A DNA stretch of 63,748 bases, counting the filler, from Pirum gemmata (taxonomy: Eukaryota): the NCBI GenBank assembly GCA_002812295.1. It is 19 parts of 19 records of this genome, joined end to end, with 100 filler letters (N's around TTAATTAATTAA, not from the genome) between each part and the next. Parts side by side here need not be neighbours in the genome. Positions count along the whole stretch, not along the records: positions 40,801 to 44,071 come from PDIN01003035.1; positions 44,172 to 47,423 come from PDIN01003036.1; positions 47,524 to 50,767 come from PDIN01003037.1; positions 50,868 to 54,135 come from PDIN01003038.1; positions 54,236 to 57,456 come from PDIN01003039.1; 14 more parts are not named here. The stretch is one strand, 5' to 3'. Position numbers and translations under genes: made by a program. Position 1 is the first letter of the stretch, and each line of letters begins with the position of its first letter. Of this stretch, positions 43,794 through 56,726 are shown in pieces. The notes under the pieces are model-generated. The model ran no database searches and was not told where the DNA came from. It was given only the letters and a program-made list of their open reading frames with translations.

Positions 43794-44004
43794 ATGGTTC
43801 ACCTAACATCCCCATCTATTAAAGTTGGTAGTATTCCAGAGCAGACCAATGGAAAACAATATGGTATTAATGCGAATTTTCCTCTAGTTTTAACCCCAGC
43901 GAATGGAGAATCTGTGAACTTCATTTCTGTACAAGAATATCTTAAGAATAATAATGAAAATATTATGAAAGCAGTTAGTGAAAATGGTGCTGTTTTATTC
44001 AGAG
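43794..44004 (+). CDS. First exon of a TauD/TfdA (clavaminate synthase-like) 2-oxoglutarate dioxygenase
   Basis: MVHL...FPLVLTP...YLKNNNENIMKAVSENGAVLFRG; the exon ends at AG|GCAAGT. Confidence 0.8.
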
Positions 44005-45089
44005 GCAAGTATAACATATTTTCTAATATAGCTGGCTGAATACTAAATAATAATAATAATAATAATAATGANNNNNNNNNNNNNNNNNNNNNNNNNNNNN
44101 NNNNNNNNNNNNNNNTTAATTAATTAANNNNNNNNNNNNNNNNNNNNNNNNNNNNNNNNNNNNNNNNNNNNATAATAATAATAATAATAATAATTGTTGT
44201 ATATTTATAAATATGATATATTAATTAATATAAATATATAAGAATTGAATATATGAGGGCAAAAGAGTAGCTTTTAATTTGCTGATTTGTAAACAAATTC
44301 ATATTTTTATAATGATGAAAATTTTTAATTTATGATATTTGAAAAACAAATATTAATAACCATTTTAGGAAATTTGTGATAGTACAAATCATATTTTGTT
44401 GTACTATATTATACTATTATAATTTAATGATTTGATTGAAAATCATTTTGGGAATTTGTAATAGAACAAATCAGAGTTTTGTTGCTCTATTATAAATTAT
44501 TCATTTAATAGAGAACCTTTTTATTTTTAATTATTAAGTAAATTTTAGTTAGGAAATTTTAGTTATGAATTTAATTATTATTGACTGATTTCGAAAATCA
44601 ATACAGAGGTTATCTAAAAGTTTGTTGTCAAAAGATAAATGGAAGATTTTATGATCTGTGGTCATTACTTAATTGGAAAAATTAGATTAAATTTTGGCAA
44701 TTGTTAAAGATTTATTATTGATTAATGATAATTAATTCATTAATAACAATTTGTTATTTTATGCATGATTTTAATAATAATTATATTATTAATATAAAAA
44801 AAGAATATAAAAGAGGTTGTTTTTTTTCTGTAATTTGAAAAACAAAAACAAAAATAACAATAATCTCAAATTAATTAAAATTAACAAAATGCCTTAAAAC
44901 TAATAATAAATACTTAATAAAATAATCTTTAAAAATTAATATACACTTAGCAAAATAATTTATGATAGTTGTACCTGCGTTAGCTACACGTGGTGGTGGG
45001 TTTTTTTTCTGAAACTACCGGTAGGCGTGAGAGTATGATAGTGTTTGATACGTAACTGTGCATTCTCTTTTAGTTATCGTGATAGACCT

Positions 45090-45370
45090 AGGTTAGGGTT
45101 AAGGGTTAGGGTTAAGGGTTAGGGTTAAGGGTTAGGGTTAAGGGTTAAGGGTTAATTAAGGGTTAAAAGGGTTAAGGGTTAAGGGTTAGGGTTAGGGTTA
45201 GGGTTAGGGTTAGGGTTAGGGTTTTGGGGGTTTAAAAGTTAGGGTTAGCTTTGGCGCTAGGGNNNNNNNNNNNNNNNNNNNNNNNNNNNNNGGGTTAGGG
45301 TTAGGGTTAGGGTTAGGGTTAGGGTTAGGGTTAGGGTTAGGGTTAGGGTTAGGGTTAGGGTTAGGGTTAG
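45090..45370 (+). repeat. (TTAGGG)n / (TTAAGGG)n array spanning a small scaffold gap
   Basis: Directly visible, with unique sequence on both sides. Confidence 0.92.
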
Positions 45371-48050
45371 ACTCGATGAGGGGGGTATTAAACCTTCCTC
45401 TAAATAATGATAGAGAACTACACTCTATGTCATACTACTAGCTAGCTAGAGTGCTCTTTACACTCTATCGGATAGTATGACTTAGCTATGAATCCTATGA
45501 TATGATACTCTCCTAGTAGCTACAGGAGCTAGCTAGCTAGCTAGGATATAACTCCTAGCTATCGATACTATCGAATACTACTATAGCCTAGCTAGCTAGC
45601 TAGCTAGCTCTAGCTAGTACGATAAAAAGTTTATTTGTATGCATACCCATGCATACCAAGGAAACTCCAACTGCGCAACTGCAAGCCAAGTCCAAGGAGT
45701 TCACTGAAGGAGTTCAATTTTCTTGAACTCCTTGCTTGTTTCATACTCACTAGCTAGCTAGCTAGAGTAGACTATCTCGCGGTAGTCTCGCGGTTCTACT
45801 TGAAAACAAGCATTGTCTCTAAGTACTCTCTAAGTATTGTCTACTAGCTAGCTAGCTAGTATCATACCTATAGCAGCTAGCTAGCTAGTCCTAGCTAGTA
45901 GAACAAAATATATTTCATATGCATATGATATTATTATTCACTGATAGTTTATGATACTAGCTAGGTCTATTCTAAAGAGCAAAATAAACTCAAAAGAACC
46001 ACTATAAAACTACTATAAATATAAATTATCAACTGAGAAATTATCAATAGAAAGAACTTCTTATTATTGGATACTATGATACCAAATTAATTTTTTTTTA
46101 GAGTTTTTGTATGATATAATATTTATAATATATTATGTTATTGTTATTTTTATCAATATTATATTATCTTAGATAACATAATCAGATAATACGAATGACA
46201 TAACAATATATAACAATTGATATAAGCAAATATAATATTATGATCAATTGATATTAATAATTAATGCCATTGCACACAAAGAAGTAGATTCAACAAATAA
46301 ACAATGTTGATCGTGAATAATGATAATAATAATGTAAGCGAGAGATTGTTTTGATAAATTTGTTTATATTAATGATAATACTATCATTAGTACTATGCAT
46401 ATGTATAATAATAATGATTCACTTCTTTTGTAAATCATATTTAAAATTAGTTTTTGAATTAGAATCCGAATTATTGTATTTGTTATCTAAAAAATTAAAT
46501 CAGGAATAATGAAATAATACAATTTTTGCACTCCTTCATTACTCTTTTTTAAAAATTCAATTGTTTAGTGTTACAATATTCTCCTTACCGCAAACTCACT
46601 CCTTATTAGTACCCCTTACTTTAATAAAACCCTAACCCTAACCTTAACCCTAACTCTATTAATTAAATAGTATGAAATAAACCCTAACCCTATTAAACCT
46701 GAACAATAAAACCTCTAATTCTAATATTTCGTAGTCAGCTGTAACAGGTCATATTATTATTGTAAATATAATTTAATAAAATGTCCTAACTGCTAGAGTA
46801 TACGTAATTCATCACTAATAATATATCTGATATATGTAATAGGATGTCTGACATAATTTATATAATTATATATGATAATATATTATATCAAGAACCCACC
46901 CAAGAACCCTATTTGGGATTCTTGATTATAATATAATATACTAGACTAGTAGTATGATATAATATTATTATCAATATATCATAGTAACAAGAAGCTACAA
47001 AGAGCTGCTGCTACTTAGTAGTAGCTAGCTAGCCCCCCTCAAGCCCCCCTGGCCCAGCAAGTCCGAGCTGCCAGCTGGGAACCTGGGGTCACCTAGCTAT
47101 AGAGACGAGCAACCCATCTGCAACCCATTTGGTTAGATAGCCTAAATACACCATTATTATTATTATTATTTATAATAGTCCAATAAAAAGACAACATAAA
47201 TAAAGTGACTTTTTTTTCTATATTTATAACTATTTATAAATAGAGTTAAAAAAAATAGCTAATAGTGTTAGACCTCTAGCTAGAGAGTAGACTCTCGAGT
47301 CTCTACTAGCTAGCTAGCTACTAGAGTCTCTATGATACTAAGCTAGCTAGCTAGTAGTAGACTAGCTAGTATGACATACTAGCTAGCTACTAGCTGGACC
47401 AGCTGGAGAGCTAAAAAATAATANNNNNNNNNNNNNNNNNNNNNNNNNNNNNNNNNNNNNNNNNNNNTTAATTAATTAANNNNNNNNNNNNNNNNNNNNN
47501 NNNNNNNNNNNNNNNNNNNNNNNTATATATATATATAATTCCAGTATATATACCAGTATATATACATTTAAATTTTTGAATTTTTATGTAGTGCAAAATT
47601 CATTTCTACATTGTGTCTTGTTTTAGTTTTTAGTATTTTAGTTTTATTTTATTCGCGTTAACTTTGGTTTTGGTTTTGGTTTTGGTTTTGGTTTGTTGTT
47701 TATTATGTTTTAATTTATTTATAAAATATATGTATTTATGAATTTTTTTCCGTACTTCAGTGTTAATTTTTTTATTGATTGATTTTTGGGTTTGTTTATG
47801 TTCTCTATGTTGTATTAGTCATTTCATTATGAATGGTAATAATGTCTATATTATTCCTATTTATATATTTGAAATTTTTCTATGGTTCTAGTTTTGTTTT
47901 ATTTTTGGTCTGTATTAAATGTTTTACTAATTTGTTTTTGGTTTTGTTTATATTCTCTATGTTCATTTGTTTTCGTGAGTTTCTTTTTTTTATCGCTTAT
48001 TATTATTATTATTAATATCGTTTGTTTATTTTTATTTTGGTTACTATTAG

Positions 48051-49614
48051 GAATAAGTAGTGCATTATTTGAAATGGGCTGGGCTTCACTAGTCTTGTTA
48101 GCTAAAAATATACATAGAATGTTATGCTTAAAAAGTAAAAAAGCTGTTCACGGTTGGGTTTACTTAAATATATTGCAGCTTTCGATTGTTCTTATTGTAA
48201 CAATTGTACAGACTGAATATATACATCCCAATTATGGAGTTTTAATCTTTTTAACTCGAATAGTTAACTGGTGCTTTGGTGTGATTAATGCTATCGTTTA
48301 CATCATCATGTATTTAAGGTAAAATTATAAACTTCATTTCATAGTGCTAATAAAGAATGCCTACATTATTCTCATTGACAATATATTAGCAATATCGACA
48401 TTAACAATGTAAACTTCATTTATGAGTAATAATAACTTGAAAATAATTACTACCAACATTATTATCATTGGCAATATTGAAAGTATTAGCAAACATTAAG
48501 AATATAAAGTTGACCTAAGGGTAATAATAATAATTTTAACCATAGCTATTAGCTACTATCATTGACTCTAACTCTAAATCTAACCCTAACCCTAACCCTA
48601 ACCCTAACCCTAACCCTAACATCAACATTAACAAAGATAATAATAATAATAATAATACTAATTGCTTGTTTTTATTTTTTATTCCGTTTTATTTAAAAAA
48701 AGGCTAAGGCGATTCGTAGTAAATTCACATGAATTAAGTTTGGAAGTTTACAATTCATCTTCAGGTAAGCGCATTTCTGTTTTTCGTTGCTGTTGTTTTT
48801 ACAGGTCAGGAGTGTTGCTGATGTATATAGTTTTATAAGAAATTCATAATTAGGTTAATTTATTAATTTAGTTATTTTTCATGCAGCGGCTTGTCGACAT
48901 TTTGGATGGTTTATTTGTTCATATTTTTTGCATGTGTCTTTAGACACATTCCTAACGGTTGCTACTATAGCTGATACAGCCGGTTGGTTTTCCAAAACAT
49001 TTCTCCCAGTTGTCGCAGTGCAAATGTGTTACGCTCCGGTAATCTATTCTGTTTTATGTATTCTGTAGATATATATATATATATACTAATATTATTTTCA
49101 GCATTTTCATTACCCTACCCTAACCCTTATTTTAATTCTTATTATAATCATATTTGAATCAAATAATTTGTGTTACATTGATTATTTATTGTTCGTTTCT
49201 ATACCAGTTTCTTTTTTTAAAAATATATAAAAATACTAAAACAACTGAACATTCTGTTGTTTGGTATGTTAATTATTAATTTGTAACGTTATATATATAT
49301 TGAATTAGTCACGCTTTTACACATTTGCTTGCGCATTTATCTTCTTTCGACCCATTTGGACTATTTACATTGATTTTGCAAATCCTCAATTGAAATGTAA
49401 TGGTGCCTCTCCGCGAGAAAGTAGCCGGAACGGAGCAACAGATTTACAACGGAGCATTAGTTCTGTGGGTGGGCCGTTACTTAGTACGAATTCCGTTTTC
49501 AATATTATAGAAACTTTGGAAAATGGACCGACAGAGAATCGCTTTAAGAAAAAACTTTCTGAAGGATTTGCACTGGATGTAATACATCAATCGCCCCCCA
49601 CCAGCCAGGCTTGA
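48051..49614 (+). CDS. Multi-pass membrane protein, probable GPCR-like (cAMP-receptor/Git3-like) TM3-TM7 plus tail; exons 48051-48318, 48703-48764, 48887-49038, 49309-49614
   Basis: Phase-consistent GT-AG splicing gives ..MGWASLVLLAKNIHRML..VYIIMYLRLRRFV..ACRHFGWFICSYFLHV..QMCYAPSRFYTFACAFIFFRPIW and a Ser-rich tail. There are about five hydrophobic helices with GPCR-like spacing. Confidence 0.6.
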
Positions 49615-51017
49615 ACCACCTGCATCCCGGTATTCTAACACTTCCACATTTTATGAAACCTGATAATATTAATATATAAATATTTATTCTTTTTTATTGA
49701 CAGTAGTTTTCATAAATGCATAAAGGTTATCACATTTGTCGTATGTTTAGTAATTATTTTTGTTGTTAAGTGTCGAACACCTTTATCTACAGTCGTTTAG
49801 TAATATTGAATATCATATCAAAATAGTATAATTCATCGCCATCAAAAGAACTTGTAAGGATATTGAAACAGGATCAAGTTATTGATCAACGAATGATAGC
49901 TTTGGATGTTAAGTCATGTGATATATATTATTTTATTCTCCAAATCTTTCATTTCTCATATTTTTTTCTGCCCTCCATGAATAGTACGCTATAGCAGTGC
50001 TATTCGTAATATTGTTACACTCCCATATACTGTTTTCGGTTACAATGTAGTATATAAACACTTATTTTGACAATTTTTACTAAGAAAAAGTATTTGTGAA
50101 ATATAATTGGCTTTTTGCCTAATAACAAGTATTAGTAAAAGAAGATCTAGAGTGGCAGAAATATGAACGTATTTTATGGTTTTGACCAAATAAATCCAAA
50201 AGTACCCACCTTTCCAGTTTGTAATGAATGCAATTTTCCGGGGTATTTTTTTTTTGATAACTATTTATTAATTGTAGTTGGTGTTGTAATATTAATATTT
50301 TATTTGCAACTGCAATTATTTGTCTAACTTGGCTATATAAAACAAGTCGAATATATATATATCATGTAGGATATTATATGACAATAAAGTAAAACTATTT
50401 CCAAAGTCTTTACAAAAATGAAATAAAGTATAATATATAAATCGTAGTTACCAGAACCCTATATTGTTATGTTTTTTAATTTTGTTATTGTTGGTAATTG
50501 ATACATTAGATCAACGGGATGTTAAACTGTTACCCATAGTTTTTTGAACATATACTGATAATCCAGTTTGAAACTGTTAACTTTTTTTTCTATCCAGAGA
50601 AAACCCAATTTCGGTGTTTACGTTATTGGGTATTGTCGTATTATCAAATTTAATATATAGAATAATTATGTCACTATTTGCTTTTTTATTATTTATCTTG
50701 TTCAAAATTTGAAAGCTATTACTATTACTATTACTATTACTATTTTATCATTATCATTATCATTATCNNNNNNNNNNNNNNNNNNNNNNNNNNNNNNNNN
50801 NNNNNNNNNNNTTAATTAATTAANNNNNNNNNNNNNNNNNNNNNNNNNNNNNNNNNNNNNNNNNNNNAAAAAAAAACGATATATAAAAGACAAAAATTTA
50901 ATTATTGTTTCTAAAAAAAATTAATAATAATAATAATATTTTAATAACAATAACAATAATAATAATAATAATAAATTGAAATTATTTTTAAAAAATATAA
51001 TATATAATATAGTCATT

Positions 51018-51971
51018 ATGAATATAAAATTTATAACTATCGGTGCTTTAGTAAGCGTTACTCTTGCCACTCTTGCCACTGCTTCAAAATCAGGCGAAGA
51101 AAAAGTAAACAACATTTTAAATTTCGTTCAACAATCAGAATACAACTATGTTGATAAAAATGTGGCTAATTTTCTTAAAGACATGAACACATATGGTTTG
51201 TCGAACCCGAAATGTTTATTTCGCTTCATGTTTTCATCTGATTTAACCCCCACCATTACAAACGAATCAGATGAGATGGTTCCAAAAGATAGAGTTAAAA
51301 GTCTGCATTCCTTCGGTAACGTGGGTAGGGTTGAACTTGTTAGTGTGGGCGAGCATCCCTTCACTGGGATGTTTAACACTGGTAATCGAAATTGCATTGT
51401 TCGATTTTCTCTTGCAGATCGGCCGTTTTCGTTCAAACCAGGGATGGCTTTGAAATGTTTTACTGACAATGATAAACCTTCGGCCAATATCATGGCCATG
51501 TTTAGCTTAAATGGACAAGGGTCAAACACGAATTTTTTTGCAAATTCTTTTAGCAATGTCATTGCAGAACCAACTGGGATTTTGGCGTTGTTGGGTAAGA
51601 AATTTGACCTTTACTCCAGTTGTCCAAGTATGGTATCGCCACATCAATTTGGTAAAGTAGATAATGTAGGGAATACAATTACGGATGCAAAATATCCGAT
51701 TAGACTAAAGTTTGTACCCACTGAAGAAGTAAAACATTTGATCCCCGAAAACTCTGAAAAAGATTTCCGTTTAGATTTGAAAGAATTGGTTCCGGTTGGT
51801 ACCGAATTGTACCAAGTACAAGCCCTTATTGATGGGGTACCCAAACAAATAGCTTCGTTACGCTTAACTTCACAATTGCTATCTTCTTCTTACGGTGATG
51901 ATGTTTTGTTTTTTAAACACTCTACAGGAGATATTGATGATTGCAAACGTGTGGAAAATTGGGAACTTTAG
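51018..51971 (+). CDS. Secreted catalase-fold (catalase-like heme domain superfamily) protein, intronless
   Basis: ATG at 51018; signal peptide MNIKFITIGALVSVTLATLATA; motifs RVKSLHSFG, HPFTGMF, IVRFSLA, PGMALK and ANIMAM, typical of small catalase-related proteins. Confidence 0.8.
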   Translation: MNIKFITIGALVSVTLATLATASKSGEEKVNNILNFVQQSEYNYVDKNVANFLKDMNTYGLSNPKCLFRFMFSSDLTPTITNESDEMVPKDRVKSLHSFGNVGRVELVSVGEHPFTGMFNTGNRNCIVRFSLADRPFSFKPGMALKCFTDNDKPSANIMAMFSLNGQGSNTNFFANSFSNVIAEPTGILALLGKKFDLYSSCPSMVSPHQFGKVDNVGNTITDAKYPIRLKFVPTEEVKHLIPENSEKDFRLDLKELVPVGTELYQVQALIDGVPKQIASLRLTSQLLSSSYGDDVLFFKHSTGDIDDCKRVENWEL

Positions 51972-52742
51972 TTTACTATAATTATTATTATTAATTAAAA
52001 TTATATAATATAATATTAGAAATAATATTCGAATTTCGAACTAATTATTAAAAAAGGAATTAAATTTTATTAATTTTATTTAGAGTTTTCCAGTTGTTTT
52101 GTTATTATAAAGTATACAATAAATAGTACCAAAATAGTACAATATAACTCCCATAAACTTCCATTATATTACATAAACTATTTTTTAACTACAAATTTGA
52201 AAAAAACTTTATTATCATAATATTATATTATCCGGAAGATGGATTTCTCTTCTGTATTACTAAAGACGTTGGTAAATTTGCTCAAACAATGTTTTAAAAT
52301 GGATTTCCCATTGTCACCACCACCAATAAATATTATATGTGTGTAAATAATCCAATTAACGTCTATTATTATATATAATAGTACAGTAAATTACTAATTT
52401 CACAGTAATTACACCACATTTTACTGTATTTTGTCTGCAATCACTTTACGTACAATATTAATAACCAATTTATCACGTTTTTATTAAACCTTGAACTTTA
52501 CAAAACCAAACATTCAATATTATTACTATTCAAATCATCAAAAAAAGAAGGATCGTCATTGACTTATGATTAGTATTAATGACGTCATCAAACACTCGGT
52601 CCCCATCATCTGACCTATCATATGAAACTTCTAAGCTTTTAGATTGTAAAACAAGCCATCGAAATGGTAATCTAGAAAATAGATATGTTCAATAAGTGAC
52701 GTCATTATTGAATGTTCCTATGACATAGTTTTTTTGTTTTTT

Positions 52743-52934
52743 TATTGTGCTTTTCATTTATTTTGTCACTCTGGATATTTATTTGGTTGGTTATAATATT
52801 TAATTTGATATTTTTAAAAGTTAATAATTAGATTATAAAGTATACCAAATTAAATAAAATGGATTTATATAGCATAAATTTGGTACTCTTTATTGTATAT
52901 TTTTACGATGACAAAACAACTGAAAAGCACGATA
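52743..52934 (-). mobile_element. MITE family B, apparently complete copy (~190 bp)
   Basis: TIRs tattgtgcttttcatttattttgtca / tgacaaaacaactgaaaagcacgata. Confidence 0.82.
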
Positions 52935-53051
52935 CTATAGTAACAACCTCTCCCTATCAAATCCGTAAGGGATGGAGGATACCATACAGACACTTCTTGT
53001 TTGCCACTTGTAGTATAGCAGAAAGAAATAGGGTTCATCTTTTCTTCTTTT

Positions 53052-53180
53052 AAATTGACATTTTTAAATAAATAGATAGATAATGAAATATACCAATTAA
53101 ATTAAATGGATTTATATTGTATTAATTTCGTATTATTTATTGTATATTTTATGATGACAAAACAACTGATAAGCACGTTA
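53052..53180 (-). mobile_element. MITE family B partial copy
   Basis: Homologous to 52800-52934. Confidence 0.7.
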
Positions 53181-53277
53181 CACATTATGGGAGTTTATGG
53201 GTTAATTGGTAATTTATATACAATAGTATGCAATATTATTAATACCTATGACGTTTAAATTGTGATATACTAGCTAG

Positions 53278-53507
53278 TAGGGGTGAGATATCTACTGGAA
53301 CTTTTTTCGAACAGATGCTTATCGAGCCATCCTTAGTTCCGTGTTTCTTGCTAATAATAGCAGTTAAATAGCTTTTAAAATAGTAAATATAATTATAGTA
53401 GATATTATTAAAGTAATAATATTAACATTAATAGTAATAAAACCATAAAAATCGGAAAAGTTCCGGCAGCTGTTCGGTAATAATAAAATGACGTCATCTC
53501 ACCCCTA
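53278..53507. mobile_element. hAT-like MITE (~230 bp)
   Basis: 12-bp TIR TAGGGGTGAGAT / ATCTCACCCCTA; 8-bp TSD-like flanks gtgatata (53262-53269) and ctgatata (53508-53515). Confidence 0.72.
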
Positions 53508-54075
53508 CTGATATACTTCAATAAAGTGATAAAAAAGAATATTCTATTCTATTTCAAATTTGTATGTAATTAAAAAAATTCCACAAAATTTATGTAGTGT
53601 AATAGAACTTGCACCCAAAGTTCCAAATATAGGACTGAATGATAATACAATGTAATAGCAGTAATGGCAAAAGTAAACGTATTAATATGACTTTTTGGTC
53701 TGTTTTTAGTTTTCGATGATTATCATCATTATTAGTATCATCATCATCATCATCATCATCATCATTATAATAGTAGTAGTTGTAGTTGTACTTGTTGAGA
53801 GAAAATTGCAGCAGTAGTAGTAGTATATGTAGAGCTAGTAAGTATACTGGTTGGTAGTGGTGGTAGCAGTGGTGGTAGTGGTAGTGGTAGTGGTAGTAGT
53901 AGGGTTAGTGGTAGAAGTAGTAGCAGTAGTAGCAGTAGTAGTTGTAGTAGTTGTAGTATACGTAGTTGTAGTAGTTGTAGTAATAGCAGTAGTAATAGTA
54001 GTAGTTTTGTTGTAGTAGTTGTAGTAGAGTACTAGTAGTTGTACTAGTAGTTGTTGTTGTTGTTGTTGTTGTTGC

Positions 54076-54117
<42 letters not shown>

Positions 54118-54431
54118 AGTAGTAGTAGTAGTAGTNNNNNNNNNNNNNNNNNNNNNNNNNNNNNNNNNNNNNNNNNNNNTTAATTAATTAANNNNNNNNN
54201 NNNNNNNNNNNNNNNNNNNNNNNNNNNNNNNNNNNTAATAATAATAATAATAAAAATAATATTAATAATGATAATAATAAATGATAATAATAAATAATGA
54301 TAATAAATAACGATAATAAATAATGATATTATTATTAATGTCATCAGCTAATACAAGGAAAACACTAAGAGTATAATTTTGTACACCAAAACCAGAGCAA
54401 TAACTAATATCAATAACAAAAGCATAAAAAA

Positions 54432-56726
54432 TCATAAAAAAATACCATTTCTTCTACATCTTTTATTTGCAGTTCTAGCTTTTTTCCTTCTTTCCCTTCG
54501 GTTTTTTGCAGTTCTTTTTTGGTCTTCAACAGCCCTTTGAACTGCTACTTCATTATTACATAATGTTACTTCGGATTTCGAGGGTTTTATCTTTATATAT
54601 TCACCTTGCTTTGCTTTTTGTACGTCAGTTTTGGGATTGTATATTCCATCGTTTCCGTCAACGCATGCTACTCTTCTGTCTCTAACTAAGCTTCGTCTTC
54701 TGCGGAGTGGATCATCAGGAATGAATTTGCTAACTAAACACATGGTATAAATAAAATGGTCACCAAAACAAAATAGTAACGAATTAAATTTAGATTAATA
54801 CTAGTATGATATTATTATCAATAGTTTTAGGATGCAATTTTATTGTCTGGTGCCAATGCAACAACAACAACAACAACAGCCCAAAGTTAAAAGCTACAAT
54901 AAGCAATAAACAATAAACAATAAACAAAAACAATAAACAATAAACAAAAACAATAAACAATAAACAAAAACAATAAACAATAAACAATAAACAATAAACA
55001 AACAATAAACAATAAACAATAAACAATAAACAATAAACAATAAACAATAAACAAACATTCATATAATTTTAATTTCATTTTAATTTGTTATTGAATTTAA
55101 TTAAATTTAGTTTAATTTAGTTTAATTTTATTTCATTTAATTTCAAAAAGCAAAAAAGCAAAAAGCAAAAAGCAAAAAGCAAAAAAGCAAAAAGCAAAAC
55201 AAACTTACATCCAGGTGGGTGAGCAAAATATCTCCCATCCACATGCTTAACTATTTTGTAACCATTGCACTTCAGAATGTTCAATTCTTTTTGGAACACA
55301 CGAGGTCTACTATTAGCAGGCTAGTTAGTATATTATATTATATATAATGCAAAATGATAAATAAGACTGTCATCAAAAATTTGACAAATAATTTCGAAAT
55401 TTATTAATAAAAAAAATAATAATAATTCAATAATAACTAGATATTACTATGGTCATACTATTACTAACTGCAATATTAATATCGTACTAACACTATTACT
55501 CATACTAAAACTAAAACTAACACTAATACTGATATTACAAATAATAATAATAATAATACTAATACTAATACTAATACTAATACTAATATGCGCTAATAAT
55601 ATTAATAATACTAATAATTAACACTACTAACGTTAACACTAATACTAATACCAATACCAATACTAGTACTAGTACTACTACTAAGCCCAATACTAATGCT
55701 AAGCCTAATACCAATACTAAGCCTAATACTAACACCAACATTAAAATGTTAATACTTACATCGTACAGGTATTTAATATCAGTCGGGTCACTTATTAAGC
55801 GAAATAAATGGTGTTTTCCATGTTTTGAATTAGTCATCATCCAGTGATCATTCATCTCCATATTCCATGTATTTTGATTCATATAAAGCACTTCAAACCT
55901 AAATAAAAACAACAACAATAATAATATTAATATTAGAATTATAATTATTATAATGGATAATGGTAATATTATTAAAACATGCTGCCAATGAAAATTCTAA
56001 CTGTTGAAAAATCAAAATGGTAATAACAATTTAAAATGCTTAATAATTAAACAAAATATTAATGATAGTATTAAAAAATCAGAACTACAATTATTATATA
56101 TTATAATGAGAAAGTTGAGAATGATAATACTATTAAAAAAATATGAATTATAATGATAATGATAATAATAATGATAATGGTAATTTACTCTACATGATAA
56201 TATTAAAAGAGTTTATAAATACATTAATGAGAATGATATTGACAATTATAATTAAAATGATTAATGAAAAAATGATAACCGATAATTTACTGTATAGACA
56301 CTTTTTGCGATAAAAGCGACAAAAAGTGTGAATACTGGCACTTTTATACATGATAATATTAAAATCAGAGTTATAATTATTATAATGAGAGTGATACTGA
56401 CAATTATAATTATAATGACTAAGTAAAAAGATAATGATAATGATAATTTACTCTTTATGAGGCAAAAATTTCCTAGTGTCATCTATACTACCTATTACTG
56501 CAACACTACCGTGTGGAGCAGGTCGTGGATAAACTAATCCATCTTTCCCAATTTCCACATTAAAATGTCTGCCCTTATCATCAACGAAAGGATTGTAAGG
56601 TTCGCCTTTGTCATTGATATAGGTTTTAGCGTCTAATAACTTTTTTATTTGAGCTTCTGTCAAAGTACTGTGGACGGGTTGCGATTGGGAAAATACCGAT
56701 AGTAATAATAGGAAGCAAATACTCAT
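54432..56726 (-). CDS. Complete 4-exon gene for a 275-aa secreted protein with a putative bacterial polymorphic-toxin-like domain; exons 56726-56452, 55898-55760, 55320-55209, 54733-54432
   Basis: Exons sum to 828 nt in one frame with GT-AG introns. Signal peptide MSICFLLLLSVFSQSQPVHS; core VAVIGSIDDTRKF..FEVLYMNQNTWNMEMNDHWM..FRLISDPTDIKYLYD..RVFQKELNILKCNGY; RRRRSLVRDRR; basic tail. Confidence 0.75.

Noticed and set aside
45090..45370. True chromosome end
   Set aside because: Unique sequence lies on both sides and similar arrays occur inside introns, so it is treated as interstitial; a scaffolding join cannot be excluded.
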